This document shows, one piece after another, positions 1 to 10,029 of a stretch of DNA of 64,000 bases (positions are counted from its first letter, which is position 1; every line of letters starts with the position of its first letter). The stretch comes from an uncultured Mollicutes bacterium (GTDB taxonomy: Bacteria > Bacillota_I > Bacilli_A > RFN20 > CAG-826), in contig UQXJ01000003.1 of assembly GCA_900545015.1 (NCBI GenBank), positions 15,800 through 79,799 on the forward strand, written 5' to 3'. The notes beneath the pieces are model-generated. The model was not told where the DNA came from and searched no databases. It saw only the letters and a program-made list of their open reading frames with translations. The position numbers and the translations under genes were made by a program.

Positions 1-283
1 AAAAGCATTTTATTTTTAGGAATTTTAAGCCTATGGAATTTTATGAAAGTAATAAGAAGTAATAATTTTTCATATTACAACATTGTTATTTTAAGTAGGT
101 ATATTGTCAAAAAAAGAAAGTTTTCTATAAAAGTTCAATATTTAGATTATTAAATTTATCAATTTACTTACTTATCTGTTGAAAGATATAACGTCAAAGA
201 AATGAAAAATGTGCTGACAAAGGTTATAGCCTTAGCGGGTATATTAAACACAACTGTGATATGGTTATGAAAGGTAGAAGTTT

Positions 284-538
284 ATGAAAAGAAATTATAG
301 TGTTTTATGTAATACTCTTACTGATGGGATTAGGATTGCTTCAGTAAATGTAGTAGCAGAAAATGAAGACGAAGCTAAAAATTATGCATTACAAACGTTG
401 AAAAATGCTAATGGCATCAAGAATGCTCAAATTGCATTTGAACTTCCTGGAACAAAGGTTGTTTTGGACAATGGGCCAGCTTCACGAACAGATATCAATA
501 GTTTTAATTCTTTTTGCAAAAAATATAATATTAAGTAA
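284..538 (+). CDS. hypothetical small protein (84 aa)
   Basis: ATG ORF with a purine-rich aaaggtagaag just upstream and a hairpin at 580-608 downstream. No motif recognised. Confidence 0.4.
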   Translation: MKRNYSVLCNTLTDGIRIASVNVVAENEDEAKNYALQTLKNANGIKNAQIAFELPGTKVVLDNGPASRTDINSFNSFCKKYNIK

Positions 539-579
539 ACCTGGTGATTTGATACTGAAAAAAAGTTATATTGAGAATT

Positions 580-608
580 AAAAGCCAAGAGTGTTCTCTA
601 AGGCTTTT
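580..608 (+). terminator. stem-loop AAAAGCC/GGCTTTT
   Basis: 7-bp inverted repeat with a T-rich 3' side, downstream of the 284-538 ORF. Confidence 0.35.
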
Positions 609-893
609 AAATGGGAGCTTCTTTTTTTTGAAAACTTATTTGTTGCTAATCTTAAAATTTTACTTATAAAATTTCGTTTTTAAACCAATCAATTAATGAC
701 TATAAAATTTAAAATATGCTATTTTTGCATGGCTTTTGTGATGGATATGACGAATAATATTAAAAATGATAAAGCAATAATGTCTGTAAAAGCATCTAAA
801 ATAATCATTGAAATTTTCCATGTACTGATTGAATTATTAAGCTTTTGAGATTCTTATGTATGTCCATTCATAATAGAAGGATGTAAGTAGTTA

Positions 894-1481
894 TTAAGAA
901 ATTAATGAAAAATAATAAGAAGTAATAGTTTCTGGAGTTGCTACACAGTTATTTTTAAACCAATGTTTAACTAAAACAATGAAGTTTTCGTTTGCAATTT
1001 CAAGTAGTAATTTATAAGGAACAGTTTTATTTTTTGTGTTTCTTTCTTCGATAATGATTTCGTTAATTTTAATGATTCTTTTTCTCATTTCTTCAAAGAA
1101 AATTGATGAAGAAGAATTATTGATGATTGCTTCAATCATCTCTTTTTCATCATGCAAATGATAAAGAATATGAGTTATTAAATGTGAAAAATCTAGGATA
1201 GAATTTTTACTAAAATCGTGAGTTTCTTCAACTTCTAAAGTGTGAGAGAAGACGTGATCAAAAATATCATTAACAATTGATAATAAAACATCATCTTTAT
1301 TTTTATAATGACTATAAAAAGTTGAACGAGAAATCTTAGATTCATCAAGTAAATTTTGAATATTAATTTCACTATAATCCATCTTATTTAAAAGTGTTTT
1401 TAATGCTTTGTGCAAGCCTTGTTTTGTTTTAGTTATACGTTTATCCATAAGTTGTAATACCTTTTGTTTATTTAAACACAT
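894..1481 (-). CDS. TetR/AcrR-family transcriptional regulator
   Basis: N-terminal HTH signature (..IQNLLDESKISRSTFYSHYKNKDDVL..) followed by an all-helical C-terminal part. The start is uncertain: TTG 1493, ATG 1481 or ATG 1448, none with a clear SD. The stop at 894 is firm. Confidence 0.85.
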   Translation of the reverse strand: MCLNKQKVLQLMDKRITKTKQGLHKALKTLLNKMDYSEINIQNLLDESKISRSTFYSHYKNKDDVLLSIVNDIFDHVFSHTLEVEETHDFSKNSILDFSHLITHILYHLHDEKEMIEAIINNSSSSIFFEEMRKRIIKINEIIIEERNTKNKTVPYKLLLEIANENFIVLVKHWFKNNCVATPETITSYYFSLIS

Positions 1482-1578
1482 TATATCAAACAAAGTGTTC
1501 TATATCTATTAAAAGTTATCGAACAAAATTAAATTATTTGTTTTATATCTTGGTTATTTAGCATATAATATTGACGTT

Positions 1579-2637
1579 ATGACTCGTGAAATAAAAAGTG
1601 CTAATAAACGAAAAATTATTACTTTAATTGCTACAATAATCTTAACAATCATGTTGTTATTTATTGGAATTTTTGTTGGATCAAGCAACATGGGTTTTGT
1701 TGAGTCTTTTAAAGCGTTATTTAATGTGAGTACAAACGCAAATAATAATATTGTTTGGAACATTAGAATGCCTAGAGTTTTAGCAGCTTTAATTGCAGGA
1801 GGAGGACTTGCAGTTAGTGGTCTTATAATGCAAACAAGTTTAAAAAATGAAATGGCATCTCCTGCAACACTTGGTGTATCAAATGCAGCAGTTTTTGGAG
1901 CTAATTTATCTATTATTGCTTTAAGTGGTGGATTTTTATCAACTGGAAATAATTTAAATAATTTAACAAAAGGCTTTAATCCATTTGCAACTTCCTTAAT
2001 GGCATTTATTTTTTCAATAATTTCTATTTTTGTTGTTTTAGGATTATGCAAATTTAGAAAATTTTCACCTTCAACAATTGCTTTAGCTGGTATTGCAATT
2101 GGTTATATTTGGAATGCTGCAACAACAATTTTACAGTTTTATGCAACTGATGTTGGATTATCAGCAGCAGTAATTTGGAATTTTGGCGATTTAGGAAGAG
2201 CAACATATGAAACTGATTTAATTATGTTTATTGTTGTTTTAATTGGATTAATTTTCTTTATGTTAATGTCGTGGAGATACAACACTTTATTAAGTGGGGA
2301 AGACTCAGCAAAAGCTATGGGAATTAATGTTGAGTTGTTAAGATTTGTGTCTTTGTTAATTGCTTCTGTTATAACGGCCGTGTGTGTTTCGATGCTTGGA
2401 ATTATTGGTTTTGTTGGACTTATTTGTCCTCAAGTTATTAAAAGAATTATTGGTAGTGACCATAGATTTTATATTCCTACAACATTTTTTTCAGGAAGCG
2501 TTTTACTTTTATTCGCTGATATTTTATCAAGAACAATTGGAAACGGAAGTGCACTTCCAGTTGGTGCAATTACATCACTTTTAGGTGCACCATTCTTCTT
2601 AGTTTTAATTTTTTCATGGAGAAAGAATCATGCTTAA
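1579..2637 (+). CDS. FecCD/BtuC-family ABC permease (iron-siderophore/cobalamin type)
   Basis: Multi-TM protein with RMPRVLAALIAGGGLAVSGLIMQ and a C-terminal GAITSLLGAPFFL motif, both typical of the FecCD family. Confidence 0.9.
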   Translation: MTREIKSANKRKIITLIATIILTIMLLFIGIFVGSSNMGFVESFKALFNVSTNANNNIVWNIRMPRVLAALIAGGGLAVSGLIMQTSLKNEMASPATLGVSNAAVFGANLSIIALSGGFLSTGNNLNNLTKGFNPFATSLMAFIFSIISIFVVLGLCKFRKFSPSTIALAGIAIGYIWNAATTILQFYATDVGLSAAVIWNFGDLGRATYETDLIMFIVVLIGLIFFMLMSWRYNTLLSGEDSAKAMGINVELLRFVSLLIASVITAVCVSMLGIIGFVGLICPQVIKRIIGSDHRFYIPTTFFSGSVLLLFADILSRTIGNGSALPVGAITSLLGAPFFLVLIFSWRKNHA

Positions 2638-3406
2638 AATAGAGAATTTATCATTTAAATATCGTAAAAATTCTCCACTCATTTTGGATGATATTTCTTT
2701 GAGTTTAAACGATGGAGAAATTGGTATTATTCTAGGAAAAAATGGTGTTGGGAAATCAACTTTATTTAAGCTAATTGTCGGATTAATTAAACCAAAATCT
2801 GGAAATATTTTTGTTGATGAATTTAACTTAAATAACATGAAATCTAAAGATAGAGCAAAGCTTATTTCGTATGTACCACAAACTATTGAATTTGGCGACT
2901 TAAGTGTATATGAAACGATACTATCAGGAAGAGTATCTCATTATTCATTGTTCCCGTCCAAAAAAGATGAAGAAATAGTACAAAATGTCATAAAAGAAAT
3001 GCATTTAGAAGGATTTTTAAATAAAAATGTCAATGAATTAAGTGGTGGGGAAAGACAAAAAATAGCTATTGCTAGAGCACTTGTTCAAGAACCAAGAGTA
3101 TTAATTTTTGATGAGCCAACAGGCAATTTAGATATTGGAAATGAACAATTAATTTTAGATGAAGCACATAAGATTTGTAGAAATAAAAACATATCAATTT
3201 TGATTTCAATTCATGATATTTCTATAGCATCTTATTATGGTGATAAATTCTTTTTATTAAAGGATAACAAGATTAAGTATAGTGGTGATAAAGAGGTCAT
3301 AAACGAGACAAATATTTCAGATATTTTTGATGTTAAAGCAACTATTAAAGATATTGATAATAAAAAATTTATTTACATCGAAGGAGGTAAAATTGATGAA
3401 AAATAA
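2630..3406 (+). CDS. ABC transporter ATP-binding protein (FecE/BtuD type)
   Basis: Walker A GKNGVGKST, signature LSGGERQK, Walker B LIFDEP. Overlaps the permease stop by 8 nt. Confidence 0.92.
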   Translation: MLKIENLSFKYRKNSPLILDDISLSLNDGEIGIILGKNGVGKSTLFKLIVGLIKPKSGNIFVDEFNLNNMKSKDRAKLISYVPQTIEFGDLSVYETILSGRVSHYSLFPSKKDEEIVQNVIKEMHLEGFLNKNVNELSGGERQKIAIARALVQEPRVLIFDEPTGNLDIGNEQLILDEAHKICRNKNISILISIHDISIASYYGDKFFLLKDNKIKYSGDKEVINETNISDIFDVKATIKDIDNKKFIYIEGGKIDEK

Positions 3407-4541
3407 ACACGGATTAATTATGCTTGCTCTTGGTGCAATCTTATTAACTGGTTGTGGCACAAGCGAAGGCGGAAACGATGGACAAGTTACAACAATTACA
3501 GATATGGTAGGAAGAAACGTTGAAGTTAAACCAGGAAGCTATAAAAAAATAGTTTGTATTGGTGCAGGTGCTTTAAGACTTTATTCTTATATTGGTGATG
3601 TTAATTTATTAAGTGGAGTTGAAGATATTGATAACTATATATTAGAAAAAAGACCAAAAATGTTTGATACAAGTGCTAGACCATATTTTTTGGCTAATAA
3701 AGAAATCTTCAAAACACTACCATCATGTGGGGTAGGTGGACCAAATGCTCAAGCAGCTGAAGCAGAAAAGATTTTATCATGCGATCCAGATATCGTTATT
3801 TCTGAATATGAAGATGCTGATAAAGCAAATGCACTTCAAAAACAATTAGGAGTACCTGTTGTTACTGTAAAATATGGTTATAAAGGTGTTTTTGATGATG
3901 CAATTAAAAACAGTTTAAATTTACTTGGTAATATTTTTAAAGAAAAAGCAAAAGCAACTAAATTAAATAAATATATTGCTGATCAAAAAGAATTAATTTC
4001 TAAGATGACAAAAGATTTAAAATCTAAAGAATCAGTTTATATTTGTGGTTTAGGAAACTGGGGAACAACAGACCACTTAATGACTGTTCAAAATTATGAA
4101 CCATTTAATGTTGCTAATATTAATAATGTTGTTACTGATTTATCAAAAGATGGTATTCAAAAAATTGAAAAAGAAAAATTAGTATCTTTAGGCGATAAGA
4201 TCGATAAGATGATTATTGATGCTGCAGCTATTAAAAATATTAAAATGACTGACGATACTAAACTTGTTTTAAATTCAATTAAAGCTTGGAAAAATAACGA
4301 AGTTTATTTACAAATGCCATATAACGCATATTACACAAACGTTGAAACTGCATTAGCAAATACTTGGTATAATGCAAAAATTGTATATGCAGACGCCTTT
4401 AAAGATATCGATATGAAAGAAAAAGTAAATGAAATTACTAAAGCTTTTTTAAATAAAGAATTAGCAGATGAAATCTTTAGTTGCCCAACAAGTTTTGGTG
4501 GATATCAAAAAATTGATGTCGCAACTTTCTTTAATAAATAA
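3396..4541 (+). CDS. Fe-siderophore/B12-type substrate-binding lipoprotein (Peripla_BP_2-like)
   Basis: ATG at 3396 sits 8 nt after AAGGAGG (3381-3387). Signal peptide + lipobox LLTGC. KKIVCIGAGALRLYSYIG is typical of class III SBPs. The track's 3327 start is an upstream extension inside the ATPase gene. Confidence 0.85.
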   Translation: MKNKHGLIMLALGAILLTGCGTSEGGNDGQVTTITDMVGRNVEVKPGSYKKIVCIGAGALRLYSYIGDVNLLSGVEDIDNYILEKRPKMFDTSARPYFLANKEIFKTLPSCGVGGPNAQAAEAEKILSCDPDIVISEYEDADKANALQKQLGVPVVTVKYGYKGVFDDAIKNSLNLLGNIFKEKAKATKLNKYIADQKELISKMTKDLKSKESVYICGLGNWGTTDHLMTVQNYEPFNVANINNVVTDLSKDGIQKIEKEKLVSLGDKIDKMIIDAAAIKNIKMTDDTKLVLNSIKAWKNNEVYLQMPYNAYYTNVETALANTWYNAKIVYADAFKDIDMKEKVNEITKAFLNKELADEIFSCPTSFGGYQKIDVATFFNK

Positions 4542-4543
4542 AA

Positions 4544-5128
4544 ATGGAAAATGTAATTAAGAACTTTTTTGATAAAGTTGCTCCATCATGGGATGAGCGT
4601 GAAGCTTTATCAATTGAATATAAAGAAAAATTAATTGATGAATTAGATATTCATGAACATGATGATATTTTAGATGTTGCTTGTGGAACAGGAGTTGTTA
4701 CTAATTTATTACATAAACATTCTAAATCACCTGTAACAGCAATTGATATTTCATGTAACATGATTGAAATTGCTAAAGAAAAATATAAAGAAAATAAAGA
4801 TGGTTATATTTTTATTGCTGATGATTTTTTAACCCATAAATTCGATAAAAAATTTGATTATATAATCATTTATAATGCTTATCCTCATTTTAAAGATCCT
4901 GAAGCATTAAAACTAAAAATTAAATACTCTTTAAAAGAAAATGGTAGATTTGCAATTATGCATTCAATGTCTTTAGAAAAATTAAATGCTCATCATAAAA
5001 ATGTTGATTCTTCAATTTATAGAGAATTTCTCTCTTTTAAAGAAGAAGCAAAACGATATGAAGATTATTTCAATATAGAAAAGATTATTGATTCTGATCA
5101 TCTTTTATTAATAGGAAGATTAAAATAA
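4544..5128 (+). CDS. class I SAM-dependent methyltransferase
   Basis: Motif I ILDVACGTG, followed by an acidic-residue motif and the Methyltransf_11/25-like pattern. Starts 2 nt after the SBP stop. Confidence 0.85.
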   Translation: MENVIKNFFDKVAPSWDEREALSIEYKEKLIDELDIHEHDDILDVACGTGVVTNLLHKHSKSPVTAIDISCNMIEIAKEKYKENKDGYIFIADDFLTHKFDKKFDYIIIYNAYPHFKDPEALKLKIKYSLKENGRFAIMHSMSLEKLNAHHKNVDSSIYREFLSFKEEAKRYEDYFNIEKIIDSDHLLLIGRLK

Positions 5129-5150
5129 CTTAATTTTTTTCCTCTCCTCA

Positions 5151-5187
5151 ATCACTCTTATATCGGTTTTATAAGGGTGATTTTTTA
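5151..5187 (+). terminator. rho-independent terminator of the Fe/B12-type operon
   Basis: ATCACTCTTAT / ATAAGGGTGAT stem followed by TTTTTT. Confidence 0.7.
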
Positions 5188-5221
5188 TATAAACTTCAGG
5201 CTAAATCTATTTATAAGTAAG

Positions 5222-5242
5222 CATTAAGATAGTATTAAGAAA
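5222..5242 (+). promoter_or_regulatory. direct-repeat motif copy 1: CATTAAgatagTATTAAgaaa
   Basis: Two hexamers start 11 bp apart. Lies 71 nt upstream of the 5313 ATG. A TAAAAT -10 candidate is at 5257-5262. Confidence 0.55.
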
Positions 5243-5312
5243 TTTATTTATTTTTATAAAATTTCATTTTAAGTCAATAAAATATATCCAATGAAAAGAG
5301 GGATTTAACTAT

Positions 5313-8300
5313 ATGAAAAAGAAAATTATTCCGATGGTAGCATTGGCAGGTGTCTTAAGTTTTGGAGCAATCTCGTTAGCAAGTTGTAAAGAAGAAACAC
5401 CTGTAGAGCCAGTAGAATTAGAATATAAAGTCAACGTAGTAAGCGTTGAAGGAGCAACTGTTTCAACAAGCGTTGCAAAAGCTAAAAAAGGTGAAATTGT
5501 CACTGTTAATGTTAATGTTACAGATACAGATAAAACATGTTTTGGCATTTTATTAAATGATAATACAGAAGTTACTGAAGTCGAAAAAAGTAAAACTTAT
5601 TCATTTAAGATGCCTGAAAGTGACGTCAGCGTAAAAGCAAATCTTGAATTTGTTCAAAAATTCGGAGTTATGGCTAATGTTAAAGGCGATGTCGAAGGCG
5701 CAAGTATTAAAGTAGATAAAGAAGTCGCTAAAGCTGGCGAAGAAGTTGTCGTTACGGTTGAAAATACTAACGCTGAATTTAAATATTCATCAATTTCTGG
5801 ACTTCCAGAAGGATTTAAAGAAGTTGAAGCTGGCGTAAAATATTCATTTGCAATGCCAGCACATAATGTTTTCTTAACATTAGAACTTTCCAAAGTTGAA
5901 ATATTTGGTGTTACAGTTAACGCAAGTGAAGGTGGTGTAGCAAGTGTTGATAAAACTGCTTACCACGAAGGCGATGCAATTAAATTATCATTAACGGCAA
6001 ATGCACATTTTGAAGTTAAATCAGTTGTTTTTAATGGAACAAAAGTTGCTGACGATCAATTAGGCGATGAAATTAGTTTCGTTGCTGCTAAAGAAAATGT
6101 AATTGAAGTTGTATTTGAACAAACAGAATTTAAAGCAACAGTTGTTAAAGTTCTTGGCGATACAGCTTCCTTTGTTAAATCAATGAGTGGAATTGAAGAA
6201 GGAGTTTTCTATAAAGTTGGCACAAAGCAAAAAATTAGCGTTCAATTTGACTCATCATATTATGTTTCGATGTTTAAATTGCAATTTGGTGGAAAGATTT
6301 ATGCTTTTACAAAGAATGCTGATGATTCAAAAATTGGTGAATGCGAAGTAGAAATTCCTGAAAAAGATTTTTCAACATTTGTATTTAAAGATACTTACAT
6401 GTCGTTACCTGAAGAAGGGGATGAAAGTATTGTGGTAAATGTTGATGCTATGGAAGGTGTCGAAGTTGTTGGAATTATCAGTGGAACTGCTTATAAATAT
6501 AGTAGTTATTTTAGTGTTAATTTATATCTCTTTGGTGGAGATAATGGCGTAAAAGTTAAAAGTGTTACGTATTATGATGGAGATGCTGAAGTTGGAAATA
6601 AAGCCGCATTTAGAGAAATGTCAGGACAAGTCGGCGTTTCTAGCATGAAACTTACTTCAAAATCTTTGAGATTGCATTTTGATGTTGATGTTATGAGCAA
6701 GAAAACAATTTCATATGTCGGAACAGATGGTTTAGCAGAAGGATATGGACTTCCATTATCAGCATTACCAGGTGAAACAGTTAAATTAAAATATGAATTA
6801 AAAGATGGCAAAAATAAATATTTGTCACAACTTAAAGTCACTGTTAAAGGAACTGGTGAGGTAATCGACGTTACAGTTACTGGCATGAATAAAGAGTTTA
6901 TGATGCCTAATGCAGATGTTGTTGTTGAATTTGTTCTTGAAGATACACCAACAATTCAATTTGAAAAAGTAGTAGGCGTCAAGGAAGTGAAATTTTATTC
7001 AGAATCTTCTCGTAAACCTGAAGCTGAGATCTTAAAAGCAGCACCTGGAAAAACGGTTTATGGCCGTGTTGTATTAGAAGATGGATACCTTATTAATGCT
7101 GTAAAATTTGATGGTACAAATATTACAAGTAGCTGGGGCTCTAAAAACGATTTTAGCTTTAAAATGACGGCAACAGGAAAAGTCACCTTTGATGTGGAAG
7201 AAGGTGTTACTGTTAGCGTTGAAGAAGTTACTGGAGGCAAATTCCTTTTAGCAGAGGGTGAATACAATACAGCAAACTCAACAAAGTTGGTTGTTAAACA
7301 AGGCGCTACATTATATGCCAAAGTTACACCTGATACAGGTTATAAATTTGTCAAGGCTGTTGATCAAGATGGCAATGATGTTAAACTTATAGAACCTACA
7401 TCCTATTCTTACTATCATAATTACTCATTTGCGGTTGCTACAACAGCAGGAAGCAAAGCATTAACTATCACTCCAGTTTTTGAAGCATATGCTAAGTCAA
7501 CTGTTACATTAGAAGTTGATGAAAGCCTTAAAAATGATCTTAAAGCATTCAGTTTAACAGGCTCAGTAAGTAAAGCTTCATTAAGCCTTGATTCAAAAAC
7601 ATCAAGTGAGTTCTTCGTTGATGAAGAAGTTTATGGAAATATTTCATTATCAAGTGATGCTATTAAAAATAAGATTTTCAGCGTAAGTTATGTTGCTGGC
7701 GGAAAAGAAACACCATTAGAATTTAATGGTGAACAAGGCATTTATACGCCACTCAAAAACTTCAAGATTAAAGATGCAAATGTTATTTTAAAAGTAACTG
7801 CTGTAGAGAAAAAAGTTGTTGGCGTAACATGTGTGGCTCCTAAAGAAGGATTTACATTCAAATATGCAGCAGATAGAACAACTAGCGAAGAAAAATTTTT
7901 AGATAAATTGCCGGTTGTTAAAGCAGGCAATGTACTAAGAATTAAAGTTATAGGCACTGTTTCAGAAAATTGTAAATTAGCTTATAAGATTACTGATGCT
8001 AGCGATAAAGATATAACAGAAAGTTTGAGCACCTCATTTGATTCTAAATCAGGAATGTTAACAATTGATAACTTACCAAATGAAGATATAAAAGTTGTCT
8101 TTAGTGAAGTTGAAGCTGTATTTAAAACATTTAAATTAACAGACAACTTACCAGAATATTGTGAACTAGATTACGCTTTAGTTTTTGCAGGCGGTGTAAG
8201 TGTCAAAGATGGCGATAAATTCGAAGTCGCAGAAATGAATATTAGTGTAAATGCATATGATACTCGCGCAGATGGACAAGCAGCATTCACATTAACAGTT

Positions 8301-8420
8301 AAAATCGGTGGTGTTGAATATAAAACTGTACAACATGAAGAATTTGATGATAATGATGCAACAGTAAAAATTCCTGCAAAAGATATTACAGGAGATGTTG
8401 AACTTATCATTTCTAAATAA
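5313..8420 (+). CDS. large surface lipoprotein built of repeated about 80-aa beta-sandwich (InlB B-repeat-like) modules
   Basis: Signal peptide + lipobox SLASC. At least 8 internal modules follow the pattern V.V....G..V.....A..GE.V.V.V......F.....NG......F.M....V.V.. (for example aa 38-115, 117-195, 198-270). Confidence 0.85.
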   Translation: MKKKIIPMVALAGVLSFGAISLASCKEETPVEPVELEYKVNVVSVEGATVSTSVAKAKKGEIVTVNVNVTDTDKTCFGILLNDNTEVTEVEKSKTYSFKMPESDVSVKANLEFVQKFGVMANVKGDVEGASIKVDKEVAKAGEEVVVTVENTNAEFKYSSISGLPEGFKEVEAGVKYSFAMPAHNVFLTLELSKVEIFGVTVNASEGGVASVDKTAYHEGDAIKLSLTANAHFEVKSVVFNGTKVADDQLGDEISFVAAKENVIEVVFEQTEFKATVVKVLGDTASFVKSMSGIEEGVFYKVGTKQKISVQFDSSYYVSMFKLQFGGKIYAFTKNADDSKIGECEVEIPEKDFSTFVFKDTYMSLPEEGDESIVVNVDAMEGVEVVGIISGTAYKYSSYFSVNLYLFGGDNGVKVKSVTYYDGDAEVGNKAAFREMSGQVGVSSMKLTSKSLRLHFDVDVMSKKTISYVGTDGLAEGYGLPLSALPGETVKLKYELKDGKNKYLSQLKVTVKGTGEVIDVTVTGMNKEFMMPNADVVVEFVLEDTPTIQFEKVVGVKEVKFYSESSRKPEAEILKAAPGKTVYGRVVLEDGYLINAVKFDGTNITSSWGSKNDFSFKMTATGKVTFDVEEGVTVSVEEVTGGKFLLAEGEYNTANSTKLVVKQGATLYAKVTPDTGYKFVKAVDQDGNDVKLIEPTSYSYYHNYSFAVATTAGSKALTITPVFEAYAKSTVTLEVDESLKNDLKAFSLTGSVSKASLSLDSKTSSEFFVDEEVYGNISLSSDAIKNKIFSVSYVAGGKETPLEFNGEQGIYTPLKNFKIKDANVILKVTAVEKKVVGVTCVAPKEGFTFKYAADRTTSEEKFLDKLPVVKAGNVLRIKVIGTVSENCKLAYKITDASDKDITESLSTSFDSKSGMLTIDNLPNEDIKVVFSEVEAVFKTFKLTDNLPEYCELDYALVFAGGVSVKDGDKFEVAEMNISVNAYDTRADGQAAFTLTVKIGGVEYKTVQHEEFDDNDATVKIPAKDITGDVELIISK

Positions 8421-8436
8421 CGATTAATTATTAATT

Positions 8437-8462
8437 CATAAAGGCTCTTCGGAGCCTTTATG
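8437..8462 (+). terminator. hairpin CATAAAGGCTC-ttcg-GAGCCTTTATG
   Basis: Perfect 11-bp stem directly after the stop. There is no strong T-run. Confidence 0.55.
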
Positions 8463-8574
8463 ACTGCTTAAAACCCTTACATTTGAATAAATTTGAAATT
8501 TTTATTTTTGATAAAAATGTAGCACTTTTTAATATAATTTTTCCGTAAAATAGTGAAAAATTCATGAAAGGTGA

Positions 8575-8595
8575 TGTTAAGATAGTGTTAAGAAA
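8575..8595 (+). promoter_or_regulatory. direct-repeat motif copy 2: TGTTAAgatagTGTTAAgaaa
   Basis: Hexamers are 11 bp apart. Lies 66 nt upstream of the 8661 ATG. Confidence 0.55.
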
Positions 8596-8660
8596 AAGTA
8601 TATTTTTAGAGTTAATAATGTTTTATAAATTAAAATATTCTTATGGATTGAGGTTAAAAT

Positions 8661-10016
8661 ATGAAATTTAAAAAAATATTTTTATTTTTATCAGTTTTGG
8701 CTTTAACAGGTTGTAATAATGTTAGTGTTCCTGAAGAAGATAAGACTGAAATTAGTGATTTACAAAAGGCGATAATTAATTTACGAAGTGGTTTCCATAT
8801 GAGTGGAATCAAAGAACAAATTTGCTTATCAAGTGAAAATGAAGAGTTGTTTAGAAATAAGTTCAAATACGATTATTCGTTCGAAAATAGTAGTGAAGAA
8901 ATTGCAACAAATCAAAAATATACATTCACTTATGCAGGCAAAGAACAAGATATTGAGATTTCAGTTGTTCGTGATCCTGATGGATTTGCTGCTCAAAGAT
9001 ATGTTAATTATAAAAATGAAATAGGTTTTTATAGAATTAGTGATAATGGTTATTATTCGTATTATGATGACTATTTCATGAATCCATTTTTACTTATTGA
9101 AGAAACGGATTTAACAAAAACAAAAGAAGAAAATGGAGAAGTTGCTTATTCTTTATTTAAAGATAAGTTAGACCTTTTTGATTATTACTTAACAGGTAAT
9201 TCTTTTCCTCTTCAATCAGTTGAATTAACTTTTAAAAACAATGTTCTAATGAGCGCAAAAACTGTTTCATCTAAATTTACTGGAAGTACAAAAGATGCTT
9301 CAACAGGATTCTATATTCCTTGTTCATGGACTTATGTTGCAAATTTATCTTTCGAAAATATTGGTAAAACTGCGATTGAAGGGCCTAAAAAGAGTGAAGA
9401 TCCAAAAATAGAAAAACTCGATAAACTTTTTTCTAGTGTTAAAGATAATTTTACTCTAGAAGCGACAATGTCTTTAAAGGGTGAAAGTACACCATTAAAT
9501 TCAAAAACAAGTTATTTTGATGGTTCGTCTTATTACATTGAAATGGATAAAGAAGATAAAACGAAGGATTATTTATATCATGAAGATCCATTTAAAAAAG
9601 ATGGATTATTATATGAATATAAATTCAATTCTGATTCAAAGCTATGGGAAAAGAGTAGTAATTCTTCTTACTCAAGTTATAACATTGATCCTCACGATAA
9701 GAGTATCTTTGTACCTCATCTAAAAGATGTGTCTTCATCATTATTCTTTAAACAAGCGGATGAAGATGGCTATTTTTGGTGTAATAACGATTATGCACAA
9801 GCATTTATTGGTGAAGGTTTCTTCTCAGATGGCGAATTACTTTCTTATTTTAGCGAAGGATATGTAACTGAAGCAAAATTAAAAGAAGATAATGGAGATA
9901 TTATTGTTAGCCTTGATTTCTATTTTCCTTATGATTCATCAACAATAGTTGAAATGACATATACTGCAAAATATTCACATATTGGAACAACTAAGATTCC
10001 AGATGTTGATTTATAA
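8661..10016 (+). CDS. lipoprotein, two-lobe paralog family member (451 aa)
   Basis: Lipobox LALTGC. Alignable by eye with the next gene: YKNEIGFY/YKNEVFLT, FMNPF/FPNPF, YIPCSW../YIPVNV.., ENIGKT/DNVGSA, DNFTLEA/DNYTLII. Confidence 0.85.
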   Translation: MKFKKIFLFLSVLALTGCNNVSVPEEDKTEISDLQKAIINLRSGFHMSGIKEQICLSSENEELFRNKFKYDYSFENSSEEIATNQKYTFTYAGKEQDIEISVVRDPDGFAAQRYVNYKNEIGFYRISDNGYYSYYDDYFMNPFLLIEETDLTKTKEENGEVAYSLFKDKLDLFDYYLTGNSFPLQSVELTFKNNVLMSAKTVSSKFTGSTKDASTGFYIPCSWTYVANLSFENIGKTAIEGPKKSEDPKIEKLDKLFSSVKDNFTLEATMSLKGESTPLNSKTSYFDGSSYYIEMDKEDKTKDYLYHEDPFKKDGLLYEYKFNSDSKLWEKSSNSSYSSYNIDPHDKSIFVPHLKDVSSSLFFKQADEDGYFWCNNDYAQAFIGEGFFSDGELLSYFSEGYVTEAKLKEDNGDIIVSLDFYFPYDSSTIVEMTYTAKYSHIGTTKIPDVDL

Positions 10017-10029
10017 GGAGGTAAAGAAA

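Noticed and set aside
719-808. 29-codon minus-strand ORF encoding a hydrophobic peptide (MIILDAFTDIIALSFLILFVISITKAMQK), considered as a type I toxin or small membrane protein.
   Set aside because: It has only a weak GGAAAA upstream and no flanking antisense or terminator structure that I could see. Short hydrophobic ORFs arise easily in AT-rich sequence, so support is insufficient.
1554-2051. 165-aa minus-strand ORF, plus many other 60-110-aa antisense ORFs in the track (e.g. 2614-2838, 5309-5548, 5654-5893, 6572-6886, 7058-7321, 16719-16979, 29708-29947, 54576-54980).
   Set aside because: They all lie antisense to, or out of frame within, genes with strong family signatures. They have low-complexity S/T/P/L-rich translations typical of shadow frames in AT-rich DNA, and they lack an RBS.
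3327-3395. Upstream extensions of track ORFs (3327, 9982, 11442, 27005, 28026, 30352, 34239, 54325, 55770, 63268).
   Set aside because: In each case an internal ATG with a good AAGGAGG-type SD gives a canonical signal peptide or N-terminus. The extension overlaps the preceding gene or, at 34239, a terminator hairpin.
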